A stretch of DNA of 32,000 nt, taken from Zygophlyctis sp. KS116 (lineage: Eukaryota; Fungi; Chytridiomycota). Positions 12,508 through 24,253 of the stretch are shown here, in pieces (the first letter of the stretch is position 1; each line of letters begins with the position of its first letter). The DNA is taken from NCBI GenBank assembly GCA_054661495.1, contig BAAFSQ010000060.1:1-32000 (forward strand), written 5' to 3'. Under the pieces are notes generated by a model, which made no database searches, had not been told where the DNA came from, and saw nothing but the letters and a program-made list of their open reading frames with translations. A program made the translations under genes and the position numbers.

Positions 12508-13888
12508 TCATTTTGACATTAATTTTTCAATGTCCTCAATACTCTTAGGTATTTCCCTTGTTAGAATTTTGATTCCATTCTCAAGGATCAATACATCATC
12601 TTCAATTCGGACTCCTCCAATATGTCTGAATTTATCCAAAACTGCTGAATTAAGATATTTAGCAATTTTAGGATCCTTGAGTGCCTTATCCAATATTTGA
12701 TCAATAAAATAGAGTCCAGGTTCTACAGTTACAACCATGTTTGTCTTCAAGGTTCTACGCATTCGAAGATACCGGATGGCCGGTTCTGGAATTCTTTCAA
12801 CTCCTGGAGGGTATCCACCAACATCATGAACATCTAGACCAATTAAATGACCCAATCCATGAGGAAAGAAAAGGGCTGAAATATGGGATTTTATCATTTC
12901 TTCATAGTCACCGTGAACAATCCCAGCTCTTATCAATCCATCCAAAATAACTCTTTCTGCCAATCTATGCATATCTTCCCATTCAACGCCTGATTTGAGC
13001 GATTTAAGAACCGCCTCTTGAGATTCTAATACGATTTGGTAAATAATCTTGTATTCTCCTTCAAATTTACCATTTATGGGATAAGTTCGAGTCACATCAG
13101 AAGCATAACATGAAAATTCACAACCAGCATCTACCAATAACATATCCGATGGATTATTGGGAAATTGCGAATTGTTTGCAACATAATGTAAAACTGATCC
13201 ATTTCTTCCAGCTGCAAAAATTGGAGTATATGCTTGAAACGATGCACTTTAATTTAGATTTTTCGTATAAATACCCTTGCTTTGCGCATTCATAATGGAA
13301 TAGAGCACTTCCTTCTCGTTCATTTTGAAAATGAGATATATTCTTCATTACTTGAATATGAGCAATAGCAGTGATACGTGCTGCCTCCTCCATTAAAATG
13401 ATTTCCCCGGGAGTCTTGTAGACTCTACATTCATCTAAAGAAACTTTAAGGGTATCATCAGACACATTCCATCCATCAAAACTGGAATTTCCATTAATCT
13501 GATCTTTAAACAAGACATGAACCACTTTTGATTCTATTTTAGATATCATTTTAGACATTTCGCTGGTATAATATACGTCAATACCGCATTTTTGTGAAAT
13601 CTGACTTAAAGATGGGGATTTACCGCACCAGAGCGCATGATCATCATCATATTCTGGAACAAACAAATAAGCCTTTGAATCAGATATATCAATGATTAAA
13701 TGTGAATCTGCTTCATCTGCTCCTGTGAGATAATAAAAATACGACTCTTGACGAAACGAAAACTCCACATCTGTCCATTTTCTCGTCTGATGTGTTTCCC
13801 CTTTTAGATATATAACACCTTTTGAGTTTCCCATCATTGATAATAAATTTGATCTATGTAAAGCAGCATCGTTTGAGTAATTGGCCAT
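12508..13888 (-). CDS. PEPD: Xaa-Pro dipeptidase/aminopeptidase P (M24B, prolidase-like); intron 13247-13274
   Basis: FRQES.FYYLTG, metal-ligand motifs LVDAG.E...YASDVTRT, PHGLGHLIGLDVHD, TVEPGLYF, GGVRIEDD. Confidence 0.9.
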
Positions 13889-13954
13889 TGAAACAATCAA
13901 ACGTTAGAATTTTAGAATTCAAATTTGAAGTTTCAGAATTGATCAGCTAAAATA

Positions 13955-15931
13955 ATGAAATTGTCTGCATTGATTTTTGGGATTTTATCAGGATATGTAT
14001 CTGCTGGTTGTATCAATCCAGTTACCAATTGTAATGCCTCGATGAATTACTTTCCAACTGTTCCTAAATTTCTATATTCCCAAACAGTATCCCAGATCAA
14101 GGCTTCAAATACATGGATAAACATTGAATTATCATATGGAGATACTGCTGTGAAACAGTCATACTATTTGGTTCAATGGTAAATTTACAGAGATTAAAAG
14201 TAGTGGTTGTCCTATTCCAACCGAAACAAAGGATAGTGTGGTATTTCATGTTCCTGTAGAGTCGGTTATGATCCAGGATCGAGTTACTGTTCCTAAAATA
14301 TCATTAGTTGGCCAAACATATTCGATAAAGTATGCCGAAGACTCTTCTCCTGTTACGTCTACGTCTTTCAGATCAGCAATTAGATATGGAATTTCAACTG
14401 ATATTAAATTCGATTATTCAAAGATTAGTAATGAAAGCTTTCCGGACATAATTTTTACTAGACCTGGTTTGGTTAATGGGGCTGATGGATTACAAAATCC
14501 TACTTGGTATAATCAGAGCTACACAAAGAATTTGGAGGATATTCGGTTTATGGAAACTGATTCTTTTGAAAAAACTGCTTTAGGGAGAGCGGAATTGCTG
14601 AAGTTGTATGGGATTTTATTTGGGGTTTCTGATACTGCTGATTCTATTTTTTCAGCTATTGACCAAAAGTATGATTAAATTGATTAACATCTAGTTATCT
14701 AGCTGCTAAAACTGCTGCCCATAGTTATACTGCAACTCGTTCCTCGGTTGTTCGAGGATTTCCAAAAGATGGAGAATGGGTGGTTTTACCAAAGTCTTCT
14801 TATCTTGGACATCTTTTGCAGGATGCTGGTGCGACTTTTTTGGATGCCGATATGTTTACGGCATCTTCTCTTCCATCTCAAGCTTTCAAGGATTTCTTTG
14901 CCCAATCGAATTATTGGATTGATGTGTATGGCGATTTAAATCAAGGAAATTTGGGGTCAAATTTTGATTTATTTAATGGTAATCAATCAAAAACTTCTGG
15001 AGGGGATGGACAATATTTTTCAAGTTTTGTCTCTGTGCAGTGTGATCATATTTACAGTAATGGTGCACAGCAAAATTCTATTGGAAATCCTTTGTATGAA
15101 TCAGGAGTTCTTAGGCCTGATTTAGTTTTATGGGATCTTGTCCAAATGCTTCATCCAGAAAGTTTTCCAATGCCTAATCTTCATTATTATGAATATGCAG
15201 GAGATAGTGGGGATCATTCTTACGCCCGTAATTGTCCGATTGCAAAGATTCCTTCTTCTCCTTCAAATAATTACGTTTTTGTGGATAGAAGATTTACAAT
15301 TTCCGGAGTATATCCTGCACTTTACCACAATGTGATTCCTTCAATTGTCAAGCCCAAGTTAGAATCTCTTACTGGTGCAAGTGTAGACCAGCTTAGTGTT
15401 TACATAATGAACTCTGAAAGATATAGTGACATGGCTTTTGATGTTCAGATAAGAATTTATTCTGAAACTGGAAACTTGACAAGATTTGCTTATACATTGG
15501 AAGACGCTGAAAAAATTAAATCAATTTTGTTCGATAGTTATATCTCGTACTTGAATTCAAATTCTATTAGTTCATCAATCTCTTTTTTGAAACAGGTTCC
15601 TGCTAGTCTTACAGTAAAAGCGATTGATGCTGTAACCGTTACAAATGCAGACGGAGCCAAGTCTACATGGACTAGTGGAACAACTTTTTCGACTGGTGCT
15701 ATGATTGGAATAGTGATTGGAGCCCTCCTATTTGCATTCATTCTCGCATATTTGGCGTCTAAAATTGGATTCAAAAAGGGAACTGCATATGCTTATCAAA
15801 AACTAGAAGAAGAAAAAGGTGGCTTGGAAACTATCAAGTCTATTGATACTTTGGTAGCAGACTTTGAAAATGCGGATGAAGAAGGAGATTTCGTAGAAAT
15901 GCGACCAAGAACTTCAAAGAGTTCTTTTTAA
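13955..15931 (+). CDS. Secreted, membrane-anchored periplasmic-binding-protein-like (Fe/B12 BtuF-like; CBA1-like) protein, about 641 aa; introns 14179-14203 and 14669-14694
   Basis: Signal peptide, Y.LVQCG, E.TALGRAE.LKLYG.LF, YESGVLRPDLVL.DL...LHP, and one C-terminal TM helix with a cytosolic tail. Confidence 0.7.
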
Positions 15932-15997
15932 TAGTAGATATTATTATGTTAATAAATATCTCTTGTGACCAAGTAGCTTAGGGCTTTGTTAGTTAAA

Positions 15998-18275
15998 ATG
16001 CTGTTATTCATCTATACTGCCTTGAGCTGGATGATTGCGATTCTTTTGTATAGAGGCTCTATAGCTTCTCTGGGATACATTCATTCCGATCATGGAACAG
16101 ATGAAAATGGCTTTAAGCAGCAGAGGAATGCAACAAATTCTATGGATTCGGATGGAATATTTACGTTTTTGCAGATATCCGATTTGCATATTTCTGTATT
16201 TAGGCATTCCGAAGGGATCGATCATTTGAAATCTTTTTTAGCGAATGAATTACCAATGATCTCTCCAGAGAAGGTTATTGTCACTGGAGATTTGACAGAT
16301 GCAAAAAGCCGATTTAAAATGTCGTCTGCTCAGTTTTATCAAGGTATTTAGCTTGTAAATAATTTAGATAGAATGGCATGATTATCATGAAGCTTTGATG
16401 AATGCAGAAATTTTTTCAGTTCCGGACTTTTGGCTCGATCAGAGGGGAAATCACGATTGTTCTGATGTTGCTGAATTTGACCATCCTTCCAATCATTTCA
16501 AATCACTTTCTTCTACCAAGAAGGAAGGCTATGCGATTCATCTAAAGAAAAATTATGGAATTTATTTGTTTCTTGGGGTAGATGGTTGTCCAAAATATGG
16601 AACAAGAAGGTTTTTAGCTTTTTTTATTTTATAGGCCTTTTAATTTTTTTGGGACTTTAGATCAACAAGATCTCAATTTTATGCAAGATTCAATGATTGC
16701 AACTGCTAATCATACATTTGTAATGAGTCATTATCCTTCAGGAACAATGGTTAAGGGGTTGTCATCTACGGGCGCCGATTTCGACTACGTGACCAGAAAT
16801 GTGTCGGTTTGGTTTTCAGGACATTTGCATAATTTAATTGGTGGGCTGGGAGAGACAATGTATCATCGTAAACATAATGGATTTCTTGAATTGGAGTTGG
16901 GGGATATGAAAGTACACAAGATGTATCGGATAATGACAGTGGATAATGATGTGATTTCATTTAGAGACCTTTCTTTATCAGAAAAGAGTTATGAATCTAT
17001 GGATCCAATTGTTTTGATAACTTATCCGAAAGATGGTCGATTTTTAACAAAAAATGAACCAAGGACTTTTCTTTTCAAGAATGCATACATACGATTTTTA
17101 TTATGGGCAGGTGAAAAAAGAGATTTTCAATTTATAATCTCTATTGATGGAGATGTCAAGCCAGATCTTGTTCCGGTGTATGCAGGTGTGGGACATCCCT
17201 GGAAGAATAAAACAGTTGTGAGTGGAGAAGAATATGTTCCTCTTTGGACAATAAAGTGGGACCCTACTGAGTACAATGACGGACTGACACACACGATGAC
17301 TATTAAAGTAGATGGTAGTGCAAATTCAGAGTTTTCTCATTCAGCTTCTCATTCTATCAGTTTTAGATACGATGGTGATCTCATTGATGATCTAGATTCC
17401 GGATCGGGTGGTTTTATAGTTTCGATTGATTTTAATCTGTTGTTTAAGTCACTTTTTTTAACAGGATATATTTTACTATTTTTTGGACTATTGGTTGTGC
17501 CAAAATTGTGGGTAACTTATCTCAAGCAAAGGCGTTCTTATAGACCTTGGAAAACAACGATTTCAAAATGGATCTTAAAATCAGAGATGACAAATAAGTC
17601 GTCCTTGTATGGATTGATCCAAAGATTCACTTCCAGATGGATTTTAAGATTATGCCACATGGCCTCTGATCAATTAACTCTTTGGACTTCATATTTTATC
17701 TACGCCAATTGCATAATCTCCCTCCCGTGGTTTTTTGGAGATTTCGTTCCTTCGAGCGAGGATTCATCCAGGAGATGGGGGTTTTCATTTCTGTATGGAA
17801 TTTTGTTCTTGGACGGCACATGGATTCCTTTGCTAGATTCTTGGGCTTACTGTAAATATATTTTGCTCAACATATAGCGACATTTACTCTTTTTGGCACA
17901 ATCATCCCCTTTTACCTCTACTTTTCTTGCTGGTACGAGCCTTTAGAACTTTCATCTGACAATATTTCAAGAGTCCGTCCAATTCATCGGAGATGGTATA
18001 TATCATTTTTAATAGCTTATCTGTGGCTTTATTCTGCATTAGATATATTCTTTATGCTATTTTATTATGGTAAATGGGCAGTTTTGATGAATCAAAGAAC
18101 ATGGTTTTTAGTGTTTATCGCTCTAAATCTTTATCGTGCTTGGAGGAATGCGCAATTTACGTCAGTAGATACCATAGAAGAACACGAAACTCCTCAAGTT
18201 GGGATATCGTTAAGTAGAAAACACGGCACCTCTCCTTCTTCGTACAATCTCAGAAGTCGGACATCATTAAACTAA
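15998..18275 (+). CDS. TMEM62: TMEM62-like calcineurin-type metallophosphoesterase with C-terminal TM helices; introns 16344-16371, 16610-16634, 17852-17877
   Basis: QISDLHIS, TGDLTDAK, spliced QEW, RGNHD, spliced RPFNFFG, HYP, GHLH, LELELGD. Confidence 0.82.
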
Positions 18276-18288
18276 AATATGAACTTTT

Positions 18289-19409
18289 TTATATTCTGTT
18301 TGATCGAAGTCTTGATTCCCTAAGAATTGTGTCCACAAGTGCATCATCTTTATCCAAACTAATTTCTTCTGAGTCTAATATTTCCTTTTTTCCAGAAAAA
18401 GTTCCAGAAATGGAAACATCAGATTTCAGATTGCGATTTCCCGACCTGAATCTGATTGGATAGAGTTCATCAAAACCCCAGGAATTCCCAAATTCTGATA
18501 GATCTTGTTCTTCAGCTTCAATTCGCATTGTAAGATCTTCTGGAGTTGCAAAAGGTGATTGTTCAATCTCATCCAACATTATATGACAATAAAATCCTGT
18601 TTCATTCACCACTGGAGGACTTAAAACAACCACACTTAGATTCTTATTCTGTCCCCATAACCCATTTGGAACCTCTATCTTTGGATTAAAACAATTATCT
18701 AAATTTAAAAAATCAAACTTACGCAAAAGATCTGGAATCATTGAACGTATTGCATCCTTTCCAGCTTTAGCTAAGAATCCTGGAATGATCCTTTTTAAAA
18801 ATACAGATATTAAGCTTGAAAATTTAGAATCTTTTAGTTTGATCTACAATAAGTGCCTTTAAACCTTACATCCACCTTTTCAAAAGACACATTAAGCGTT
18901 TCAATGACTGGAATAATCTGACGATTACTTTGATCATATTTAAACCCCAATTCTGTCTTTATAAAAGATCCATTTAGATGTAAATTGATAGCCGAACCTA
19001 AAAGACCAACTTTAATTTGACCATGATCCGTTTGTTTAGCATTTGTAAAGCAAAACACGTTGAATTTCAATGATAGTCCAATATGTCCGCTACTTAGATA
19101 CAGTCCATTTATCGTATCATTTGAGACCTGAAAATCCCTACATTTTACTCTATCAAAATTAAAAGAAACGATCCCGATTCCAGCAACTTTAAATTCTTGT
19201 TGAGGAATTTCTATTTCCAAATGATGAAACATTTGCTTCATTTGCTAACCGTCAGCATAATAATTTACATAAATCCATAAAGGATTATATCCATTAAAGA
19301 ACTCTACCGGCAACGTAAAATTAATTCCATGATCAACTTTATCTGATCCGTTGCCCGATAAGACAACTGACACTAACAATACAAAATACAATATTGACAA
19401 GTTTAGCAT
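18289..19409 (-). CDS. Secreted protein, probable LBP/BPI/CETP (TULIP) lipid-binding fold; introns 19245-19268 and 18844-18869
   Basis: Hydrophobic signal peptide MLNLSILYFVLLVSVVLSG, long amphipathic beta-strand pattern, then a long helix and a 'PPVV' segment as in BPI N-terminal domains. The gene model is solid; the fold call is tentative. Confidence 0.5.
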
Positions 19410-19455
19410 TTTATTACTTTTTAAATGCTGATAATGCTAATGCCTTCTAGTGCCC

Positions 19456-19811
19456 CTACCTCATACGTACACAGTTACAAGTGCTTAAGCATTCGCAACC
19501 CATTCCCTTTGGTCAGTGACTACAATCTTACTGTTCCTCTACAAGAGCAAAGAGGAGAATGTGATTTAGCACCCTTGGCTTTCCCAAGAATCTATAATTA
19601 CATATTATAAATTTACTTTATCTTCTAATTCTGTCCAATCGGTACTCAATGTCCGAGATCGGACAATACTATTTGTAGAAAATGAATTTCTACGATGGCA
19701 TTCAAAGCATTTACAAGAGCTACGATCACACAAACATGCAGTTTTACAAATGCATTCTAGAGTATCCATTTTAGGCTGACAGATTTTACAAAAAGTATCG
19801 AGATTCTCCAT
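19456..19811 (-). CDS. Small Cys-rich metallothionein-like protein, about 101 aa; introns 19592-19616 and 19507-19531
   Basis: Two 25-nt phase-0 GT-AG introns (the second with a CTGAC branch motif) extend the 68-aa ORF with ILGKAKGAKSHSPLCSCRGT and GMGCECLSTCNCVRMR*. It has 15 Cys, mostly CxC. Confidence 0.6.
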
Positions 19812-19884
19812 GTAAAGCTTGTTCCGATGTGCGCAATTCTCTTAAAAGCAGTCACTTGAGCTTGAGGCGTATGGCTTTTAAAAA

Positions 19885-20807
19885 ATGTTATTTCAGGTAA
19901 TCATTGTTCTGGTAATGTTTAGACTCTATTGATTGTAACTGGTTGTAGCGCAAGTGTTTTTCATCAGACTGATCTTCCTTCCCAACTCAAGAATGCGTTG
20001 GATCCAATCTTTACGAAAAAGGCTGATAAAATTAAGCCGCTATGTGTAATAGATCATTGTGGAAATTTGTTAGGGAAATGTCTCTTAAGTGAAGGATGTA
20101 GATTGACGCTTAATTGTTTTAAGAAATGTACTGCAGAAGATGTGCAATGTAATAATGATTGCTTTTTTGGATACTCTAATCCAATATTTAATCAACTTAC
20201 AGATTGTTTAATCTCTAATAGTTGTTTACCAGGACTTGTATTATCCTCAGATTCATGTCCTAATAATGGAAATATTGATAATCCAAAAAAAGGTTGGGAA
20301 AATAAATTATTACTAGGACCAAGTAATAAAGGAAAAGTATATATAGCTCGTGGATGGAATCCAACTTATGATTGTGTACCGTGTCAAAAAGCTACTTATA
20401 CTGGAATTTATGATCCAAATGATGAAAAGATTCAATTATATACTGAATGGACAACTGAAAATGAGGTTGGGCAAGTTAGATCAGCAAATTATACTCTAGT
20501 TCAGACGGGATCTAATACAATGTTGACGAAATATAGTCTTTTTGGAATGAATGTAGAAGAAAATTATTATATGCTGGATTGGACAAATGATGGGAAATGG
20601 GTCATGTTTTACTATTGTGGCTATGGATTTGGTTCAGAATATCAGGGGGCTCTATTACTTACCACAGAACGCGAGTTTGATACACTTCCAAGGGAGATTG
20701 AATCTAGATTTAACCGGGCAATAGTTTCAGCTGGTCTATCAGATTATTTAGATCCAATGTCTGATTGGTGTAAGCCTCTGTATAATACACAGTGCAAGTC
20801 TTTTTAA
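19885..20807 (+). CDS. Violaxanthin de-epoxidase-like (VDE/VDL/VDR family) protein with signal peptide, about 298 aa; intron 19897-19922
   Basis: Cys-rich domain C...C......C.....C.....C...C......C...C..............C.....CL followed by lipocalin motifs GKVYIARGWNPTYDCVPCQ, EENYYMLD, FYYCG......YQGALLLT. Confidence 0.8.
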
Positions 20808-20871
20808 ATTACTGTTTACGTCATGATATGATAAAATACATCACCCCCTTTCCCTTGATAATTATCAGTCA

Positions 20872-21904
20872 ATGACCATACATGAGAGATCGGATCTAGA
20901 TAGAATAGGACTTTTCAGTGAAACATCATATATTTCAACTGGAGAGCCATTTCGTAAAGCTCCTGGTATTTAAAAATGTTTAACGGTAGATGGATTTTTG
21001 GATTATAGAGCAAAAGGAAAACAATTTCAAGTCTTGCCTTCAAAGATTGGTAAGCATGATCCTAATTATAATCGGATCTTTGAAGTATGATTTGATTAGA
21101 TTGATTTTAGAATGAGGCACATTCGGACCTGGTCGTTTTGAGAAGGCGCCACCGACTAAAGGAAAAGGAGAAGAATATCTCTGCAATCCCATTTAAACCA
21201 TCTTCTGTACCATCAAAGCCATCTGGTAAAGGATCTCATTGGGGGACTATTGAGCAACAATGGCCAACTTTTAAGAAATCATATTCATTAAAGCAAGTCG
21301 ATAAGGAAATTGTTAAGAAACAAACTGTCGAAAATCCTAAAAATGTTGTTACTAGACCACCAAAAAAAGGATCTGGGTATGGATATCCAGATGTGACAAT
21401 CGGAAAACCACCTGAATACTTGTCCGATCCTTTTGATCGTGCGGAATCGTTGCTTCGTAAAGAAAGAGAAGAAAACAAAAAGAAGACTTTATCAGGTCAG
21501 CCATTCATTACATCATCATCAAATTTGGAATTCTTTAACAAATTTATTTGCTTATCTCTTGATGAGAAAGGTAATTGAATTTTGACTAATATTTAGAATC
21601 GGAAAAACCAGGAACAGCTCCAGCAGAAAGTCGCATTGATAAATTACCTTTGATCGTTCCATTTAAGCCTACTGCAAGATGTGGATACACTATCAATCCA
21701 TATCCTTCTTATGAGGCACCTAAATTTCACCCAAAGGAAGAGAGAAGCGCTATCAAGTCTGAAGCTATCTTTAAACCACCTGGAAAACCTGGAAGTTATC
21801 CAATTATGTCAATTACTCAAGCGAATTGTCCTTTGGCTCCTCCAAGTTGGTTAAAGGAAAATCTACGTCATGTTATTGCAGAATGTGCAGAGAAAACATA
21901 TTAG
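20872..21904 (+). CDS. CFAP96: Cilia/flagella-associated protein 96 (C4orf47/UPF0602 family); introns 20966-20989, 21085-21110, 21571-21596
   Basis: D.DRIGLFSE..YI..G, KGKQF, RIFE|NEA, PFKPSS, GSHWGT, KN..T.PPKKG.GYGYPDVTIGK. Confidence 0.85.
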
Positions 21905-21934
21905 GATCGTTTTTATTGATAAAACATTTAGCTT

Positions 21935-23014
21935 TTATGCTTTGCTGTAATGAATCACTGAAAGAGATTTTAAACGCTCTGCAGCCTGTTCAGCTGTAAT
22001 ATCTCGTTGAGGCTCTCCCAACATTTCATATCTAGTCGTAAACTTTATAAATTCATACCCAACTAAAAACTTTTTTACAGTTGCTGATCTTAGCAATGGT
22101 GGATAAAAATGAATATGAAAATGAGAATCTAATATTGTGTCACCATGAAAAGGAGCTTGATGTATTCCCATAGAATAAGGAAAAGAACATTTAAAAAGGT
22201 TATCATACTTTATAGTAATGATTGAAAGAATATCCGCCAAATCAATCTTTTCCTTTTCTGAGAAATCTAGCAATGAGTGCTTATGAGTTTTTGCCAAAAT
22301 TAACGTCTCAAATGGCCAAATTGCCCAAAACGGCACTACACAAATATAAGAATCATTCTGATAAACAAGTCTTGTTTCATCAGTAGTCTCTAAAATCACA
22401 TAATCACATAGTAAACAAGTCCCATTCTTATCCTTATACTTTTTCAAACAGTTAAACTCTTTCTGTGGTTCATCTGGAATTTCTTGAGTAGCCCATAATT
22501 GTCCGTGTGGATGCGGATTAGAGCATCCCATAACCGCCCCTTTATTTTCAAACAATTGAACATAATTGAGAGTATCTTTCAGTTTGATCATTTCACTTAT
22601 CCATGTATCAACTATAATTTTTATTTCTGAAACAGACATTAGTGCCATTGTCAATGAATGATTTGGAGAGAAACAAATTACTCGACAGATTCCACGTACT
22701 CCCTTTACACGCAACAGCTTTGATGCTATTTCCAGTTTAGATTTTGAAACAAATTCTTGATCTGGAGAATCCATTTGAACGGCTGGAAAATCATTATCAA
22801 AAACCCAAGTATGCGAATAATCAGGATTCATATCCAAAGAAATCCTCTTGTTCCTAGGACACAAATAACATTTTGGATCATGACTTATTGACGGTGCATT
22901 TAATACTTCTTCTACTTGCCCCAACCACGGACGGTTTGATCGATGAGGAGAACAAAGCACAAAAGAATCAGTCAGTGGATTGTATCTTTTATGCGAGTGT
23001 TGAGTAAGATCCAT
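21935..23014 (-). CDS. GAL7: Galactose-1-phosphate uridylyltransferase; stop-less in-frame intron 22032-22058
   Basis: H.RYNPL, SPHR..RPW.GQ, CYLCP.N.R, FENKG..MGCSNPHPHGQ (catalytic HPH), spliced KKFLVGYEMLGEPQRD. Confidence 0.96.
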   Translation of the reverse strand: MDLTQHSHKRYNPLTDSFVLCSPHRSNRPWLGQVEEVLNAPSISHDPKCYLCPRNKRISLDMNPDYSHTWVFDNDFPAVQMDSPDQEFVSKSKLEIASKLLRVKGVRGICRVICFSPNHSLTMALMSVSEIKIIVDTWISEMIKLKDTLNYVQLFENKGAVMGCSNPHPHGQLWATQEIPDEPQKEFNCLKKYKDKNGTCLLCDYVILETTDETRLVYQNDSYICVVPFWAIWPFETLILAKTHKHSLLDFSEKEKIDLADILSIITIKYDNLFKCSFPYSMGIHQAPFHGDTILDSHFHIHFYPPLLRSATVKKFLVGYEFIKFTTRYEMLGEPQRDITAEQAAERLKSLSVIHYSKA

Positions 23015-23103
23015 TCTAATATAATCTAGTCTTTTATGGGCAGTGGTGCAACTTACCAGAGGGCAGGTTCAGGTTATTTTCTTGCGCAAGTTGAAAAGTT
23101 ACA

Positions 23104-24247
23104 ATGTTTCAAGTCCCATCGACATCAAATTCAGCTCCGACGGGGCCATCGACTTCTGTAAACATTACACTTCCTCAAGCATCAACTGCCCCTGCTAAAA
23201 AACCCAGGAAAAAGAGAGATACATCACATATTTCTACAAAAATTAGAATTTCTGCAAAGAAAACGAAAAAGAAGAAATTGGATGAGCTACGAGAAGCTCC
23301 GATTGAAGATCATATGATTCTAAGATTACCGCCATCTCCTGCAACGCAAGAGTTTAGAAATCTTGTCAAAAAACGGCAAATTCCTTTAGGATTCTTTCTT
23401 AATTTCTCTGAACCAAGGAAAGCTACCATCAATTTAGGACTAGCAGAAGGTGGCGCTGATCTAAAGGCTAAATTGGTTGATTTGCCATGTATTTTGGAGT
23501 CTCAAAAGACATTTGATAATAAGCAATTTTATAAAATTGCAGATATTTCACAGGCAAGTTTATACAATTTTTAATTTTAAGATGTTGATTGTTTCAGATC
23601 CGAAATATCCTCATCCTCCTCCGACTCCAACTACAGATAAGATTAATTATCCTGATGGTATAACTCCTCCAATGCGTGCTGTTAGAATAAAAAGATTTAG
23701 GAAAAGAGTCTCAAAAAAAGTAATAGAAGATGTAGAAAAAGAAGTAGAAAGATTGTTGCAAGCGGATTTAGAGGCTGAAGATGTGAAATTTGAAATTACT
23801 GAACAAAAAGAATTGGATTTAGAAGAAGAATTTTCAAATGCTGATGAGACTGAAGAAAGAACAGAAATTCATGATGACGATTTTGCGGCTGAAATTGATG
23901 AGGCTTTATATGCTGATGGTGCTGAATCTTCAGAAGAAGAGTCAGAAGATGAAGAGGAAGACTCTCAAGAGGAAGATGCAGGTGATGATGAAGAAGAAGA
24001 TGAAGGTGTTGATGGACAAGTGAAGGAACATATTGCTCTGTTGAAGGAAGAGATTTCTGACATTGTGAGGAAAATTGATGAGAAGAAATCCTTGATAGTT
24101 TCTCAAGTCAATCCAATCATTAAAAAGAGATTTGAAGATATTATCACAAGGTTAGAAACAGAGTTGGACTTGAAAAAAGAACAATTGGATATTGCAAATT
24201 TAGAAATTCAGGAAGAACAAGGAGAAGATGATGCGAATCAAGAATAG
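23104..24247 (+). CDS. TAF7: Transcription initiation factor TFIID subunit 7; GC-AG intron 23554-23581
   Basis: IEDHMILRLP, AKLVDLPCILESQKT.D...FYKIADISQ|ML, PDGITPPM..VR..RFRKR, acidic tract, NPIIKKRF. Confidence 0.92.
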
Positions 24248-24253
24248 TTTGGT

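Noticed and set aside
18831-18856. GC-AG intron (26 nt), or a 17-nt GT-AG intron, in the BPI-like gene
   Set aside because: Both keep the frame, but the canonical GTAAGG...TGTAG at 18844-18869 does too and fits the consensus better. RNA data are needed to exclude them.
19425-19610. 61-aa plus-strand ORF
   Set aside because: It is antisense to exons 2-3 of the Cys-rich gene, whose splice signals and CxC pattern explain the region better.
23036-23100. tRNA-like A/B box look-alike (TGGTGCAAC...GGTTCAGG) between GAL7 and TAF7
   Set aside because: The spacing is too short and no cloverleaf or acceptor stem can be built. It is more likely the divergent promoter.
23920-24010. GAA/GAT-rich low-complexity repeat
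   Set aside because: It encodes the ordinary acidic tract of TAF7.
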